A DNA stretch of 59,253 nucleotides from Nemertoderma westbladi (lineage: Eukaryota; Animalia; Xenacoelomorpha). How positions within the stretch are numbered: position 1 is the stretch's first letter; every line of letters starts with the position of its first letter. This document shows positions 45,183-59,160 of the stretch, in pieces. The stretch lies in the NCBI GenBank assembly GCA_032718475.1, contig JAUCBJ010005025.1, forward strand, positions 1-59,253, in the 5' to 3' direction. A program made the translations under genes and the position numbers. The notes beneath the pieces are model-generated. The model was given only the letters and a program-made list of their open reading frames with translations. It searched no databases and had not been told where the DNA came from.

Positions 45183-47704
45183 ATCATCATGTTAAATCTT
45201 CTAGTAATGCGAAATTTATATATGATCTTTGTTAGGTTGTAACTTGTGATATTTTTAAATCCAAATGTAGGTTTTAAACTATAAAAAGAAACGTAATTTA
45301 TTCCTCATTGGGTTTTCAATTTTTTTAAGTTAATGTCTTCTCTATGTACAGAACCGTATGTAAGCTGTGCTTTTGTATTTGTAATAATTCCTAATAGAGT
45401 ATATTATATAATAATCTAAATATAATATAAGAGATATAAATATATAGATTAAATAACAAATAATAAACTATATATATGTGTTAGTAAGCAGTCGTCATAA
45501 AACTTTTTAGTGAGTAGCGATGACGAAGCTGGGAGATTAAGGGGACCATTGCCTCAAATGAAAGTGCAATTTTTTTAAATTTTTTGTATTTGTCGCGATG
45601 AAAGGTTTTTCACCACAAAACAACACTTCAAAATTTGAACTTTTTAAAAAAATTTTTCATTAAAAAAATTTAATGAAATTATGTCTAGACCTCCAGCATC
45701 AAGATAATATTACCAAACGAATTGTTATTTTTGTAGACGCCCGGGGTTTCCAATTCCACTAAAAGATTTGAGATTCATGAAACAATAACTATATTTCTGG
45801 AATGATATTTAGAATAGAATGGAATGATATGAAACACCTTTCATAATTAAATTTTTAAGCAACTAAGATGGATAATTAATTAGTTTGTGGAACTTATCAA
45901 TTCGAAATGTTTTTTTGGCCCTCTGACATAGGTATGGACATGGACAATTTGGCTACTCGAAAATGAATTAGACCAGTTTGTTCAAAAATGTGTGGACACT
46001 GATGTAGATGTGGACTGCATTAATTTCAGTGATGATTTTGTTGGTGTGGTGGACCTTGAACTGATAATTACAGCAATTTGACTTGTAATTAATAATATTA
46101 CACTCAGTCACTTTTATAGTCAATCTATTATATTCCATGCATGACATGTACCATATGTAACGTATTGTAATTTTCTGATGACACCGCCACCCCATCCCCT
46201 CGAACTATATAGCGTAATAATCATATTGCTTTACTGAAATACACCCCTAATTTAAGTAAATTTTTAAAATTAGGCAGCATGGCTCTCTTTCGGTATCCTG
46301 TGCCATTTTCTGTTTTTTTGGTAGGTTTACTAGGTTAACAATTGAAGATAGATAGGATTCTAACTATACTATCTGCCCATTTGACATAATTGCAGCGAGA
46401 TCATGAGCTAGACTTCTAGATTCTTCAACAAATTACATAGTATTGTTGATCGCACAATTTGTGCCAACTATGTAACCAAACTAACCATATAGTCAAGAAT
46501 AAGAAAACCCTCATGTGATGTGGCTCATGCAACATCACAGGATAAATATTGTTAGCAAGAATGAAGCATTAGATTATGCAAATTGGAAATTTGTGGACAA
46601 AATAAAAATAGTTAAGGCTAATAGACCCTTTATTCACATATGTTTGCAGTGAAAAATAGTGGTTACACCAAACATCGGCCGAAATAGAAGTCAATTTCTT
46701 AAAAAACACTTGAAGAATACGATTATTAGATCTTTTGCAGTAAGCTGGTGATTTCTTTATCAGATGTAGTGGATTTTAGTGGGAAGATTTGAGCTATTTT
46801 GTGCCAACAATTGACTTGCGACACCAAACCATCGATTGTGATATATACTGTATTAAAGACAAAATACGATTCTGCGGAACTAGTTTTATCTATTTTATAA
46901 TTTCGATGAACTAGTTGATCTAAATATGATAACAATTTATTGACAAATATGGGTCATCAGAAAATAACAATATATTACGGGTCATGTCATGCATGCATAG
47001 AGCACATAAATCGTTTATAACTAAAGACACTGAAAACTATCAATGATAACAATAATTTGAAACTAATTTTGTTAAATATTGGATCAGCTCTAGGAATTAA
47101 GTATTTGCAAAAATATACTAGCTCGCAATGTTCATCAGTTCCTTTGTAGGCATGCCCTTCCTATATACTCAAACACAAAATAAACCGCCACACCTTAATA
47201 ATTTCATTAGGATAATTGTTGTTTCTGCCAATAACATCCATCCATAATCCATATTTGAGTAGCTTTGGTGTATTGTTAACTTGTACCTCAGGGTATTTCA
47301 TTTGCCTATCCACCACTGGCGAAATTAATCATAAGAGTTTTGCTAGGGGCGTGTGTTGTTACTGTAACCGCATTGTTATGTTATGCACTATAAAATTATA
47401 ATTACAGTAGTTTCTAAATACTTGAATCAGCCGCGTCATCCCCATATAGGTGCATATGAAGAAATGCACGGAATTAGCAAGAGAAATTGATACGTATTAA
47501 TAATTTATTTCGATATTAAAATAAATTCGGAAACTAAAAAGTAAAACATGTACTGTCGTTGAAATAAAATGTTTCGGTTGGTAATAATGGATAAAGACTT
47601 GAAAAGAAATGCACGGAATTAGCAAGATACGTATTGATACGATAAATTGATACGTATTAATAATTTATTTTGAGATTATATTATATTATATTATGATATT
47701 ATAT

Positions 47705-49097
47705 TAGTCCTCTACGTAGGGATAAAATGAAAAAAACAAGTAACCAGCACTTTTCAGTTTGAACACAAAATTTTTTATTCACTTATATGATGTTATAAAT
47801 TCACATTTTTATGTTTTCTGGGGCTCTGATTCTAATGGAATATATTTCTAATTTGCCAGATCATTGCTAATCGTATTTTTCGGCGTAATATTGCAAAATT
47901 TGGTGCTAGCACCAAATTTCGTACACATCACCAAAAAGTACAAGTTTGACATGTCCAGTGCGGTTTTTATTGATTCCATTCAGGACCCTCATAAACCCGT
48001 ATAACACAAGAAACAAGATGATACTGGGTGGTTTGAATAAAAACAAGTAAACACTTTCACTTCAAGTAAACACTTGCAAACACTTCAAAGATACTTCTTG
48101 TGCTTGAATAAAAATAAAGCGAAGTGAAGAGTGAAGTGAAGTGTAGAGTGAAGTGTAGAGTGAAGTGTAGAGTGAAGTGTAGAGTGAAGTGTAGAGTGAA
48201 GTGTAGAGTGAAGTGTTTTCTGGTTGATTTTAATAAAACAAAGCGTTTACTTATGTTTGAAGTGAACACTTTATAATACACAAGTAAGCTCAAAAGGATA
48301 CGTTTGAAGTAAAATTCCCATATAAATTTTAATTCCGTGTGGTGGATGTTTTCCACTTATCTCTTGCCATAGTTGGGGAATTGGGTTGAAATTATATAAA
48401 CGTGTTCAGTAGGACCTAAAGAATGGGTTTTAAATACAAATCTGGAAATTTAGTTTTATTGTACCATAGCAACGCATTGTGACCATAAAAAACACCACAT
48501 GAATGGCTGTTTTTCTACTACTGTTTATCGTAGATGAACTATGAATAGATAGGCCAGTTGTTCGAGGAGAACGACCCGATGGAGTTCCGATGTTGACAAC
48601 TTCCTTGTCTCCTCTGTTTCATACAAGCTCAGAACTAAAAAGTTTGAAAAAATTAACTACATTAGCCGGATGACGGATGTTATACAGTAAAACAAACAGA
48701 GTCACTGGTTTTACTGAACTATTAATATGGAATAAGATATATTTTTATTAGAATAAAATTCGAATTAGAATATAATTTGGTTAGAATAAGGTATGAATTC
48801 CATCTAATTGTAAACACCAAAAAACCGGTGTATATCAAAAATAGAGATGTTACAAATCATATTTAATGAAATGTAATTTTCAAAAAACCCCTGAAAAAGA
48901 AGTGCCAAAAGTAGGGTTAAAAAAAGGTGCTATAACTAATTTTGAAAACCGTTTTCACTATTAGGAAGACAATAGATTTTTAGGAAAAGTCATAAAATTT
49001 CAGATTCCCCACTGCGTTTGTTTCAGAGTTATAACAAAAAAACCAAGGGGGGGGGGGGGGGGGTGGTCAATATGACCCCCCCCCGTGTTTAATAGGG
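47705..49097 (+). mobile_element. Partial copy of the piggyBac-like non-autonomous element, interrupted by a ~770-bp insertion
   Basis: 47705-48023 and ~48790-49097 match parts of 51507-53064. Ends TTTAATAGGG followed by TTAA. Confidence 0.75.
48121..48216. repeat. 12-bp tandem repeat (GAAGTGTAGAGT)n
   Basis: Six or more clean copies, directly visible. Confidence 0.9.
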
Positions 49098-49338
49098 TTA
49101 ATGATCTTTATAATCATTAACCATAATATAGATAGATATCTCTTTTACAATATATAAAAAAAATAACAATACACTAAACAAGCTATATTAGGTATTGGGG
49201 CTCCTTCAAGTTATTTGGTTTCAAATACACAGATGGGGAGGAGAATGACTTACTCTTACATTTATCTCAAAATTTCTCTCTCCAGGGAGAAATTCTACGC
49301 AAATAATTATAAACTACGCTAACATAAAAAAAACAATG

Positions 49339-50966
49339 TACACGTTCGTGGGGCCTTCGCGCAGCACGAGGCCCAGTTATTAGATACAAATTAAAATTGA
49401 GCGACTGTATCACAAAATCAGGTTTTGAGAAATTTACCCACACCACCCATCAATCAAAGAAAGGGGGACAGTACGTGTTCACCCCTTTTAATATCCCCCC
49501 CCCCCCACCCTCCCCAACCACCAATACATAACCGCGACATCTACCACACACGGAAGGGTAGCACGAACTTATTTCCAATCGCACGTTGAATATGCAAAGC
49601 CAGGTGGTTTATAGGAATATAATAAACGCAGTGCTCGTTTTCATGATAAGCCTCTTTGCGTTCGTCCTGTTTTGTATTTAAATATATTTCTTAAACGCAG
49701 GCTAGGACGATCTTTATAATAATAATAACTAGGGATGCGATCAATATGTGAAGCCAGGGTGGTTTATATAATAATTTAGTCAACGCAGTACTCGTCTTCA
49801 TTATATGCCTCGTTGCGCTCGTCGCTTGTCCTGTTTTGTCATAAAATATTTTCCCTAAACGTAAACTGACGATCTTTATACAGTTATAACTATGCGAAGT
49901 TTCGAAACTGTGCGAGTAACTGTTGATACATCTATGTGGAGATGTGTGATATGTGGAGGTGTGATACAACGCCAACGCATCTTATGCCGATGTAGTAATA
50001 TGGGTATTGAAATAATATTAAATCAATGTACACTCTTAAAACTGCAGCGAAAAAATGTAGCTAATTTCCTAGGTTACATATAAAATAATAATATTATTTT
50101 TAAGAACATTAATTTTACTACTTTGCAAAAATTCAATTAAAGAATAAACAGACATATACTTTGTGGAATAAACTATTTCAGAAGCCTACAACAGCCATGC
50201 CATGGATGGTATTTATGTTATTATATCTGTCATTTACCTGAGATAGCAATACAACATTTACAGTAGAGTCAATAGGAATTGGAATACAGGAAGGATGGTG
50301 GTATGTGGGATTTAAAGAATGCTGTCTGGGCTGGAATAGCAATACTGGTTGCCTATTACTATTCCTCTCTGGTTAGTCTACAGCCACAACTTCCAGCTAG
50401 CTCCACACCAGCAGAGACTTGACCAATAATCATTCCCAGCAACTAGCTGCCTTACACACACATCCTTCCATCGTACCAGCATGTTAGCCAATAAATGAGC
50501 AGTATTTAATGAGAATCAATTTTTTATTCCGTTTTAATTACTCTAGATCAATTAAAGACACAATTATTAAAGCAAATCACTTGAACTAATTAAAAACTAT
50601 AATAGAATGGCGTATGTGGATTACATCTGTATAATTTTTAAGTATAATTATTTAAATCTTATACTGTAAAACAATTAATTTCCTTTAAAAGGCAGGTTGA
50701 AAATGGTGTTTTTACCGTAATCAACTTAATTAACTAATTAACTGCTATTATCTTAGCTTCTCGAAGGCCACACGGAAATTCTACTTGGAAAATTTCTAAA
50801 CTTTTGCCAAACAACATGTGTACCAAGTTTGGATAGATTTCATCAAAGATTGGCCGAGTTATTAACGTTTAAAATTGAACACGACAGAACGACAGAACGA
50901 CAGAACGACAGGTTGATTAATGGTACCACTACGCTAAGGCTCACTCACTTCGTGGCTCGCCCCACA
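49339..50966 (+). mobile_element. Helentron/HINE-like non-autonomous element, copy A
   Basis: 5' hairpin GGGCCTTCG..CGAGGCCC, GTACCAAGTTTGG core, (ACGACAGA)n microsatellite and a 3' AAGGCTCACT motif. Near-identical inverted copy at 53120-54721. The family assignment is from architecture only. Confidence 0.6.
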
Positions 50967-51506
50967 ACGTAATCATTCTACGTACAACTTTACTGAGAAC
51001 GTTGCAATGCCTGACTCCACAATAAAATTGTACATAATTTATATACACATATATTACATACATTTTATAAAACAAAATTACAGTACACAATAAATTATTA
51101 ATAGCATAATCCAGTTTAGTACGTACTATTGTATTTATTTTTACGACTGCACACGGACTTAACTGTCTATTTAAATTTATTATCTAGGTTTTTCATTTCA
51201 TTGGGCAAATCGATCTCAATTTTAAGACCTTTGAAATTAGGGAGGTAAAAGTTTGAAGCCCTAGCTCTGGCACTGTAAGAGTGTGAATCAATCATGCTCT
51301 CTGTTGAATTTTTGTTTTAGGTAATTGGGGTCACTTACCATTACACACTTTATGCAAACACTTTACGCTTTATGCGATAGGTTCTGCATAGGTTTATAGT
51401 TTATACGTACCACTTTATTCTGAGCTACTTGTAATTTACATTTAAGCTGTTTGGTTAAGCTTTTATACCAAGAAGGGCATGCATAGTCGATCTAACACTG
51501 TATTAA

Positions 51507-53064
51507 CCCTATTAGTACCGGGCTATAAAATGTTGTACAAATACCGGGGAGGGGTCATATTGACCCCCCCCCTCTAAAATCTACAAATTTTTACGAAAAC
51601 GTCTGATTTTTTGTTTGTACGTAGGTATCACTAGTCAGGATCCGACCGAAAAAAAAAATTTTCGAAAAAATGTACTGGGGTGGTTATATTGCAGCACCAA
51701 AATTACAAGTAGTGCACAATTTTCAGAAAATTTGAAACTTACATTTTTTGTCTAATTGTTTTTCAATACAGGTTTTCTGGGGCGCATAATACATTGGAAA
51801 ATATTTAAAAATGATTTGATTACTATAAATGGCTGTTTAGTCCTCTCTGCGTCGGAAAAAAATGAAAAAAACAAGTAACCAGCACTTTTCAGTTAGAACA
51901 CAAAATTTTTAATTCACTTATACGATGCTATAAATTCACATTTTCAGGTTTTCTAGGACGCTGATTCTAATGGAATACATTTCTAAAATGCCCCATCATT
52001 GCTACTTGTATTTTTCGACGTAATTTGGCAAATTTTGGTGCTAGGACCAAATTTCGTACCCATCACCAAAAAGTACAAGTTTGCGATGTCCAGTGCTGTT
52101 TTTATTGATTCCATCGGATTCAGGACCCTCATAAACCCGTATAACGCAATAAACAAGATGATACTATCTACTGATCAATTTGCTTATTTTCCAAAATTTG
52201 GTGCTGGCACAACAATTTTCACCCACCGGCGAAAAATACAAGTTTGAAAACTCTCATGAAATTTTTACTGATTCCATTGAATTCAGAACCCTCACAAACC
52301 CGTATAACGCAAGAAACAAGGTGACACAATCAATTTATATATTTGATGGTTTTCAAAATTTGGTGCTAGCACCACATTTTGCACCCACTTCCGAAAAATA
52401 CAAGTTTGAGATGCCTAGATCGAAAAATATATATTCCATTCAATTCAGAATAGCCATAAACCTCTAAAACGCAAGAAATAAATTGTCACAAACAATTTTA
52501 TCAATTGAATGGATTTTCAAAATTTTGTGCTAGCACCAAAATTTGCACCCACCACCGAAAAATACAAGTTTGATACTCTTGGTGCAACTCGTATATATTT
52601 CATCGAAACCAGAACCCCAAAAAACCCCAATTGCGTAAAAAACAAGTTTCACACAATCAATTTACAAAATTGACATATTTCAAAATTTGGTGCTGGCACC
52701 AAAAATTGGCACCCGCCGAAAAAAACAAGTTTGAAATTTCTAAATCAATTTATATGAATTCCATCCAATTTCTAACACCAATAAACCGGTGTAAATCAAT
52801 AATAGAGATGTTACAATTCATATTTAATGAAATGTAATTTTCAAAAAACGTCTCAAAAAAAGTGCCAAAAGTAGGGTTAAAAAATGGTGCTATAATATTT
52901 TTAAATATTTTCAATATTTTTAAAAACGGTTTTCACTACTAGGAAGACAATAGATTTTTAGGAAAAGTCATAAAATTTCAGATTCCCAACTGCGTTTGTT
53001 TCAGAATTATAATAAAAAAACCACGGGGGGGTCATATTGACCCCCCCCCCCGGGTTTAATAGGG
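51507..53064 (+). mobile_element. piggyBac-like non-autonomous DNA transposon with TTAA TSD
   Basis: TTAA|CCCTATTA at the left end and TAATAGGG|TTAA at the right end. Subterminal palindromes GGGGTCATATTGACCCC at both ends. Internal ~165-bp repeats (AAAATTTGGTGCT.GCAC). No transposase. Confidence 0.85.
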
Positions 53065-53119
53065 TTAAAGAATAACAATGCAACTTGTTAGAGACTGTGT
53101 TTAAACATATATTTATTTC

Positions 53120-54721
53120 TGTGGGGCGAGCCACGAAGTGAGTGAGCCTTAGCGTAGTGGTACCATTAATCAACCTGTCGTTCTGTCGTTCTGTCGCGTT
53201 TAATTTTAAACGTTAATAACTCGGCCAATCTTTGATGAAATCTATCCAAACTTGGTACACATGTTGTTTGGCAAAAGTTTAGAAATTTTCCAAGTAGAAT
53301 TTCCGTGTGGCCTTCGAGAAGCTAAGATAATAGCAGTTAATTAGTTAATTAAGTTGATTACGGTAAAAACACCATTTTCAACCTGCCTTTTAAAGGAAAT
53401 TAATTGTTTTACAGTATAAGATTTAAATAATTATACTTAAAAATTATACAGATGTAATCCACATACGCCATTCTATTATAGTTTTTAATTAGTTCAAGTG
53501 ATTTGCTTTAATAATTGTGTCTTTAATATTAATTGATCTAAAGTAATTAAAACGGCGTAAAAAATTGATTCTCATTAAATACTGCTCATTTATTGGCCAA
53601 CATGCTGGTACGATGGAAGGATGTGTGTGTAAGGCAGCTATTTGCTGGGAATGATTATTGGTCAAGTCTCTGCTGGTGTGGAGCTAGCTGGGAGTTGTGG
53701 CTGTAGACTAACCAGAGAGGAATTGTAATAGGCAACCAGTATTGCTATTCCAGCCCAGACAGCATTCTTTAAATCCAACATCCCAACATTGACTCTACTA
53801 TAAGTGTTGTATTGCCATCTCAGGTAAATGACAGATATAATAACATAAATACCATCCATGGCATGGCTGTTGTAGGCTTCTGAAATAGTTTATTCCACAA
53901 TGTATATGTCTGGTTATTTTTTAATTGAATTTTTGCAAAGTAGTAAAATAAATGTTCTTAAAAATAATATTATTATTTTATATGTAACCTAGGAAATTAG
54001 CTACATTTTTTCGCTGCAGCTTTAAGAGTGTACATTGATTTAATATTATTTCAATACCCATATTACTACATCGGCATAAGATGCATTGGCGTTGCATCAC
54101 ACATCTCCACATATCACACATCTCCACATAGATGTATCAACAGTTACTCGCACAGTTTCGAAACTTCGCATAGTTATAACTGTATAAAGATCGTCAATCT
54201 GCGTTTAGGAAAAATATTTTATGACAAAACAGGACAAGCGACGAGCGCAACGAGGCATATAATGAAGACGAGTACTGCGTTGACTAAATTATTATATAAA
54301 CCACCTGGCTTCACATATTGATCGCATCCCTAGTTATTATTATTATAAAGATCGTCCTAGCCTGCGTTTAAGAAATATATTTAAATACAAAACAGGACGA
54401 ACGCAAATAGGCTTATAATGAAAACGAGTACTGCGTTTATTATATTCCTATAAACCACCTGGCTTTGCATATTTAACGTGCGATTGGAAATAAGTTCGTG
54501 CTACCCTTCCGTGGGTGGTAGATGTCGCGGTTATGTATTGGTGGTTGGGAAGGGTGGGGGGGGGGGGATTAAAAGGGGTGAACACGTACTGTCCCCCTTT
54601 CTTTGATTGATTGGTGGTGTGGGTAAATTTCTCAAAACCTGATTTTGTGATACAGTCGCTCAATTTGAATTTGTATCTAATAACTGGGCCTCGTGCTGCG
54701 CGAAGGCCCCACGAACGTGTA
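53120..54721 (-). mobile_element. Helentron/HINE-like element, copy B (inverted relative to copy A)
   Basis: Reverse complement of 49339-50966 with scattered substitutions and small indels. Confidence 0.6.
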
Positions 54722-54817
54722 AACTTAACCTACTGTTAACTTTCAGGAAGATATTTTTCACGTGCTGTTTTCCCCGACAAGCAGTTATCCAAAACGGAAT
54801 GCAGTTCATGTTTTAGT

Positions 54818-55920
54818 GTGTTAGTGCCCGAAAAATACATAGCCTCGGGTATTAGGAATGAGAATAAAGCCTCTGTTACGAAAAGTGGAAAGCCCTGGTT
54901 TTACCTGGATTGTGAAGCAGCGAAGACATTATTTAAAAACTCATTATATTTGTGGCATAAAAATAAATTACCAGAATCGTTGACAGCCCTGCAGAACCAA
55001 CGAATATATTACCGCAAAGAACTTAGGAGGGCGAGGTATAATTCTAATAAACATAAGACAGATAAGTTATTTCATTTAAAAAAAACTAGTCCTAGAGAGT
55101 TTTGGCGAAAGCTTGAAAATTCTTGTAATCAGGGTAACGACCCAAAATGGCCAATATTGCAGGAATTTGAAAAGCATTTTCGGGATTTGTCATCTGGTGA
55201 AGGCACATTTGAATACATGGGTACACAAAGTAGTACTGGTAGTAATTTTGAGCTTGTAGGGAATTTTTTTAAATTGACTTAGGTGCACCTTTCGAAGAGG
55301 AAGAAGTAGCTGCGCTGCGCGTTAGGGCACCAGGAGAAGATAGGATTCTCAATGAGTTTCTAAGATAAGGTGTAAATGAATTAAGTCCAGTAATTAAATG
55401 CATTTCTAATGCAGTTTTTTTATAAAGGATATTTTCTCAAGTATGTGCTATCGGATTGATAATGCCATTGCATAAAAAAGGGCAGCGCTTTGGATCCCTT
55501 GAATTACCATGGTATAACTTGATTAAGTTGTTTAAATAAACTACTTACTTCACTGTTAAATAAACGATTGCATTGGTGGGTTGATATTATATATAAACTA
55601 AGTTTATTGACTTTCGTAAGGCTTCTGACAAAGTAGATAGTTCAGCCCTTTGGTCGAAATTGAAAATCTAGGCTTCTGTAGGAAAGTACTAGTTCTAATT
55701 AAAAGTTTGTATAATAAAATGTTATTTGCAACGGAGAGGTATCTGAAGAATTTGTGTGCTTACGAGGAGTTTTACAGGGAGATTGTCTTTCTCCCATTCT
55801 ATTTTCACTTTTTATTAATGATTTGGAGTCAGAAATGATGGTGAAGGGTATTGAATGAATTAGTTTTGGTTATGTTAAACTATTTATGTTACTATGCAGA
55901 TATACTGTCGGATTCTTACA
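54818..55920 (+). pseudogene. Decayed LINE ORF2 (RTE-X/L2-like) RT region
   Basis: KPWFYLDC, SPREFWRKL, APGEDRILNEFL, PLHKKG, NYHGITLISCLNKL, FIDFRKASDKV, GVLQGDCLSPILFSLFINDL and YYAD, across several frames with stops. Confidence 0.8.
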
Positions 55921-56126
55921 AAGGTTTGCAACCGACCCGGTTTATCAATGTCGCTTTGTTAGCGCATTTGATAAAAAAGACGTTCTTTCAATCTCAATTT
56001 TCATATATTGTGACTTCTTCCTGTTACTTAAGAAACCATGCAATAATGAAGCAAAATGTCCGGTCTGATACACCCAGTGGGAATGGCGCTAGTGTACCTT
56101 CAACGAAGGCCGCTCTAGTACATTAG

Positions 56127-56440
56127 ATCAAGTTTATTAGATCAATGGTTGGTATGGCAAAATTACCGGTTGCCATGGTAACTGTGACTTGAAAATATGA
56201 TCAATAAATTAATTTCGGTCGATATAGTGGGGGTAGGAGTTGGTCCCGTTGCATCAAGTTCATTAGATCAATGGTTGGTATGGCTAAACTACCGGTTGCC
56301 ATGGTAACTGTGACTTGAAAATATGATCAATAAACTTATTTTGGTCGATATAGTGGGGGCAGGAGTTGGTCCCGTTGCATCATGTTCATTAGATCAATAG
56401 TTGGTATGGCAAAAACTACCGGTTGCCATGGTAACTGGGA
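56127..56440. repeat. 126-bp tandem repeat, ~2.5 copies
   Basis: ATTAGATCAAT.GTTGGTATGGC starts at 56136, 56262 and 56388. Confidence 0.88.
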
Positions 56441-57355
56441 GTTTTAATCAAGCCTATGCACATCGCCATAGTCGATATAGTTGGAGTAGGTAAATGTTCT
56501 ACATCTACAGTGATAGGATTGCTAGTTTTCGCTGGTCACACTACCTGACCCCTGTATGCAGCTTTCCAGGTCGTATCTATAGTAGGTCATGATATAAGTA
56601 TAATCAATAGGAAAAACATTCCATACATGTAGTAATGAAAACTTCTCCACTAGCTCTTTTACATTGCGTACATGAATAGTATTCCGATTTAAATCAGCAT
56701 TTAAATCGCCTGACCAACGTCTTGTCTAGTTATTGACCATTAGTCTGTGACTGCTCGCTCAATAACTAGTGAAATATCATTAAATAAATTAAATAACTCA
56801 TCAGACACAGACGAGCTGGATTGCACATCAACATGAAAATTAAGTGTTAAAAGTAAACTGTGCATTCGGGAAATTTAAATTTATGGCCTGGAGCCGCCTA
56901 TTATTTGTATGCACTTTGGAAACATTATTTTGAAATTGATTTTTTCCATAAGATACAAAGTCCACCGCTAGGCCTACCCTGACACACTTCATCTCTCAAG
57001 TAAGTAGCAGGTATAACATGGAAATCATAAGTTGGAAATAAATTCTTGAACTTTTTACAATTATCGTTCGCAAAAAATGTTCTTGGAGACATAATATGTC
57101 GGTCCCTAATAGTAGCGTGTTAATAAAATCGACTATCAATCCCTAACCCGGTTGAATTAAATGAGGTTACTGTAATAATTGAATTGTTTATAAAGTTTGG
57201 AGGGCAAGGATTAGGAGAGGTAGTCTGTGACACCATATTTATTTTGTGATTAACATGAATAAAACTTTATATGTAAACATCACCAACCAGTATACCTGGC
57301 TCCCCAATGACCCCCCTCGGTAGGACGATATCCAGCCTTGAGGTACGTCCACTCT

Positions 57356-57628
57356 TGAATTTGCAGGACATTGCTTTCGCCGTGAGGACCAGCCAGTGCA
57401 TAATCTTGTACTTTGGCAGCCTCATGGAGTGAATAAGCATGGTGGACAGCCCATGACTTTCTTGAGACGCATCTTAAAGGACACTGGCCTTAAAGATGCG
57501 GATGATCTAGCAAATGTCATGGGTGATAGGGAGTTGTGGCGGTGCAATTTTGTTGACAAGCCGGCACAGCATGCTTAAAAATGCAGCTGCAATGCAGCAT
57601 GCCGATCCTAGTAGTAGTAGTAGTAGTA
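57356..57628 (+). mobile_element. Severely 5'-truncated RTE LINE insertion with (TAG)n tail and 13-bp TSD
   Basis: Near-identical to the reverse complement of ~3396-3650. GTACGTCCACTCT at 57343-57355 and 57629-57641. Confidence 0.92.
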
Positions 57629-57641
57629 GTACGTCCACTCT

Positions 57642-57940
57642 CTGACACAGTACACTGGAAAGCCATGTGGCAGGACTCAATACCACCTCAAGCTTTTTCG
57701 AACATAGCGAGACTCTAAAGCTGGCTGAACGCGAATCTGTAGCGGATACCTTCTTAATACCATTAGGGATTACCTGAATATTCTGGGACTCTAAGCATTC
57801 AGTAATATCAGATTCCGTTGTATCCGGGCAACAATGGAATAAGAAAACATCAGATGGAGCTGCCCGTAGATGTGGTCGATTCTCATCACAATTACCCACA
57901 TCCGCTGGGCTGGACTTAGTCCCTACAATCAGTGGTTAAC
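57642..57940 (-). pseudogene. LINE ORF1-like (RRM-type) fragment, interrupted by the RTE insertion
   Basis: DVFLFHCCPDTTESDITECL...SASFRVSL...VLSPATWLSSVLCQ resembles the C-terminal ORF1 motif of CR1/L2/Jockey-type LINEs. Confidence 0.55.
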
Positions 57941-58559
57941 ATGGGCGGTGCGTGGGTTGGGTGTGCCACTCACCACCATCATCGACAATTAACTCACCAC
58001 CACCATAATCCTCCTTTGAATTAGGCCGGGGAAGTTAAACGCTTCCCCTACCACCACACCAGTAGGTAGAGGTGACCTATTTGCTGTTGCCAAAGGTGAG
58101 TAATAACCCCGACTATGGGCTACTAAGCGCATACATCTCTACTGGTCGTGGCACCGGTGGTATAATTGCCTTTCTGCGGCATGGACCGAAGTGGCTGGTT
58201 GTGGTTAGAGTTCACTGCATCCCTAAATGAATTAACTGAATGAACCGCTGGTGGGGGGTCCACGAGGAGGGGAACACCAACATTGCTCTCTGGTACAGCC
58301 TGTCTACTGCATAACCATAAGATCCCTTCACATTTCAGCTATTTAATTTTGCTTCTATTTTACAGCTGGTCACAGCTGGTAGTTGCTAAGGCTTTATCCT
58401 ATCCATACAAGATACAATGTCAACAAGTTTTATATCATTATTTTTGTTTTGAGAAATACTGTGTGATGTGGATGTGGTGGGGTGTGTATACTTTATACAT
58501 ATAATTTCTCTACTAAATAATATGTTGTACTAATGCACAGATATGTAGACACGCAGATA

Positions 58560-59160
58560 CGTACACATGTTTCGGTTGTGGAATCATCTTCTAAACTTAG
58601 AAGCTTCCTAAGATTATATTAGAAAATGAATACAGTATAAATTTTGGGTGGTGTGGCAATATGAGGGATATCTTCAGTAAAATGGATATCCTTGATAGTT
58701 ACAAGAATAAATCCAGTTTTCAGGTCAGCAGATTCGAAAATTTGTGCCACAATTTATTCGAAATAAAGTGGAAGGTAGTGGTAGCATCCAAACCGAAGCT
58801 CTGGACTTACGCAAGTTTAAACACGCATTTCAATGTGAAGCATATGTTCAGGCACACTTGCTGAGGTCCACAAGGTCTATGATGGCAAAGTTCAAATGTG
58901 GGGTCTTACCTATCAATATAGAAGTTGGGAGATTCCAGGGAAAACCACTTGAGGAGAGGATATGCCCTGTTTGCTACAACGGTATAGAGGATGAGATCCA
59001 TTATCTGTTTAATTGCCCTGCTTTAGAGGAGGATAGGTTGAAAATAAAGGACTTACTTGTAAGCGGGGAAATAGCCGTATCAATGGGAATCGATCAAATA
59101 AAGTTAGCAAAATGTATACGGAAAATGTACGACACTAGGCAGGAAAAATTAAATAATTAA
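58560..59160 (+). pseudogene. LINE ORF2 C-terminal fragment with CCHC motif (RTE-X-like)
   Basis: RSMMAKFKCGVLPINIEVGRF..KPLEERICPVC..IEDEIHYLFNCP, with KPKLWTY upstream in another frame. Confidence 0.8.

Noticed and set aside
49691-54663. Duplicated ORFs (49691-49975, 54028-54321, 53662-53859, 54448-54663, 51999-52837)
   Set aside because: Chance ORFs inside non-autonomous repeats. Stops and indels differ between copies and no transposase motifs are present.
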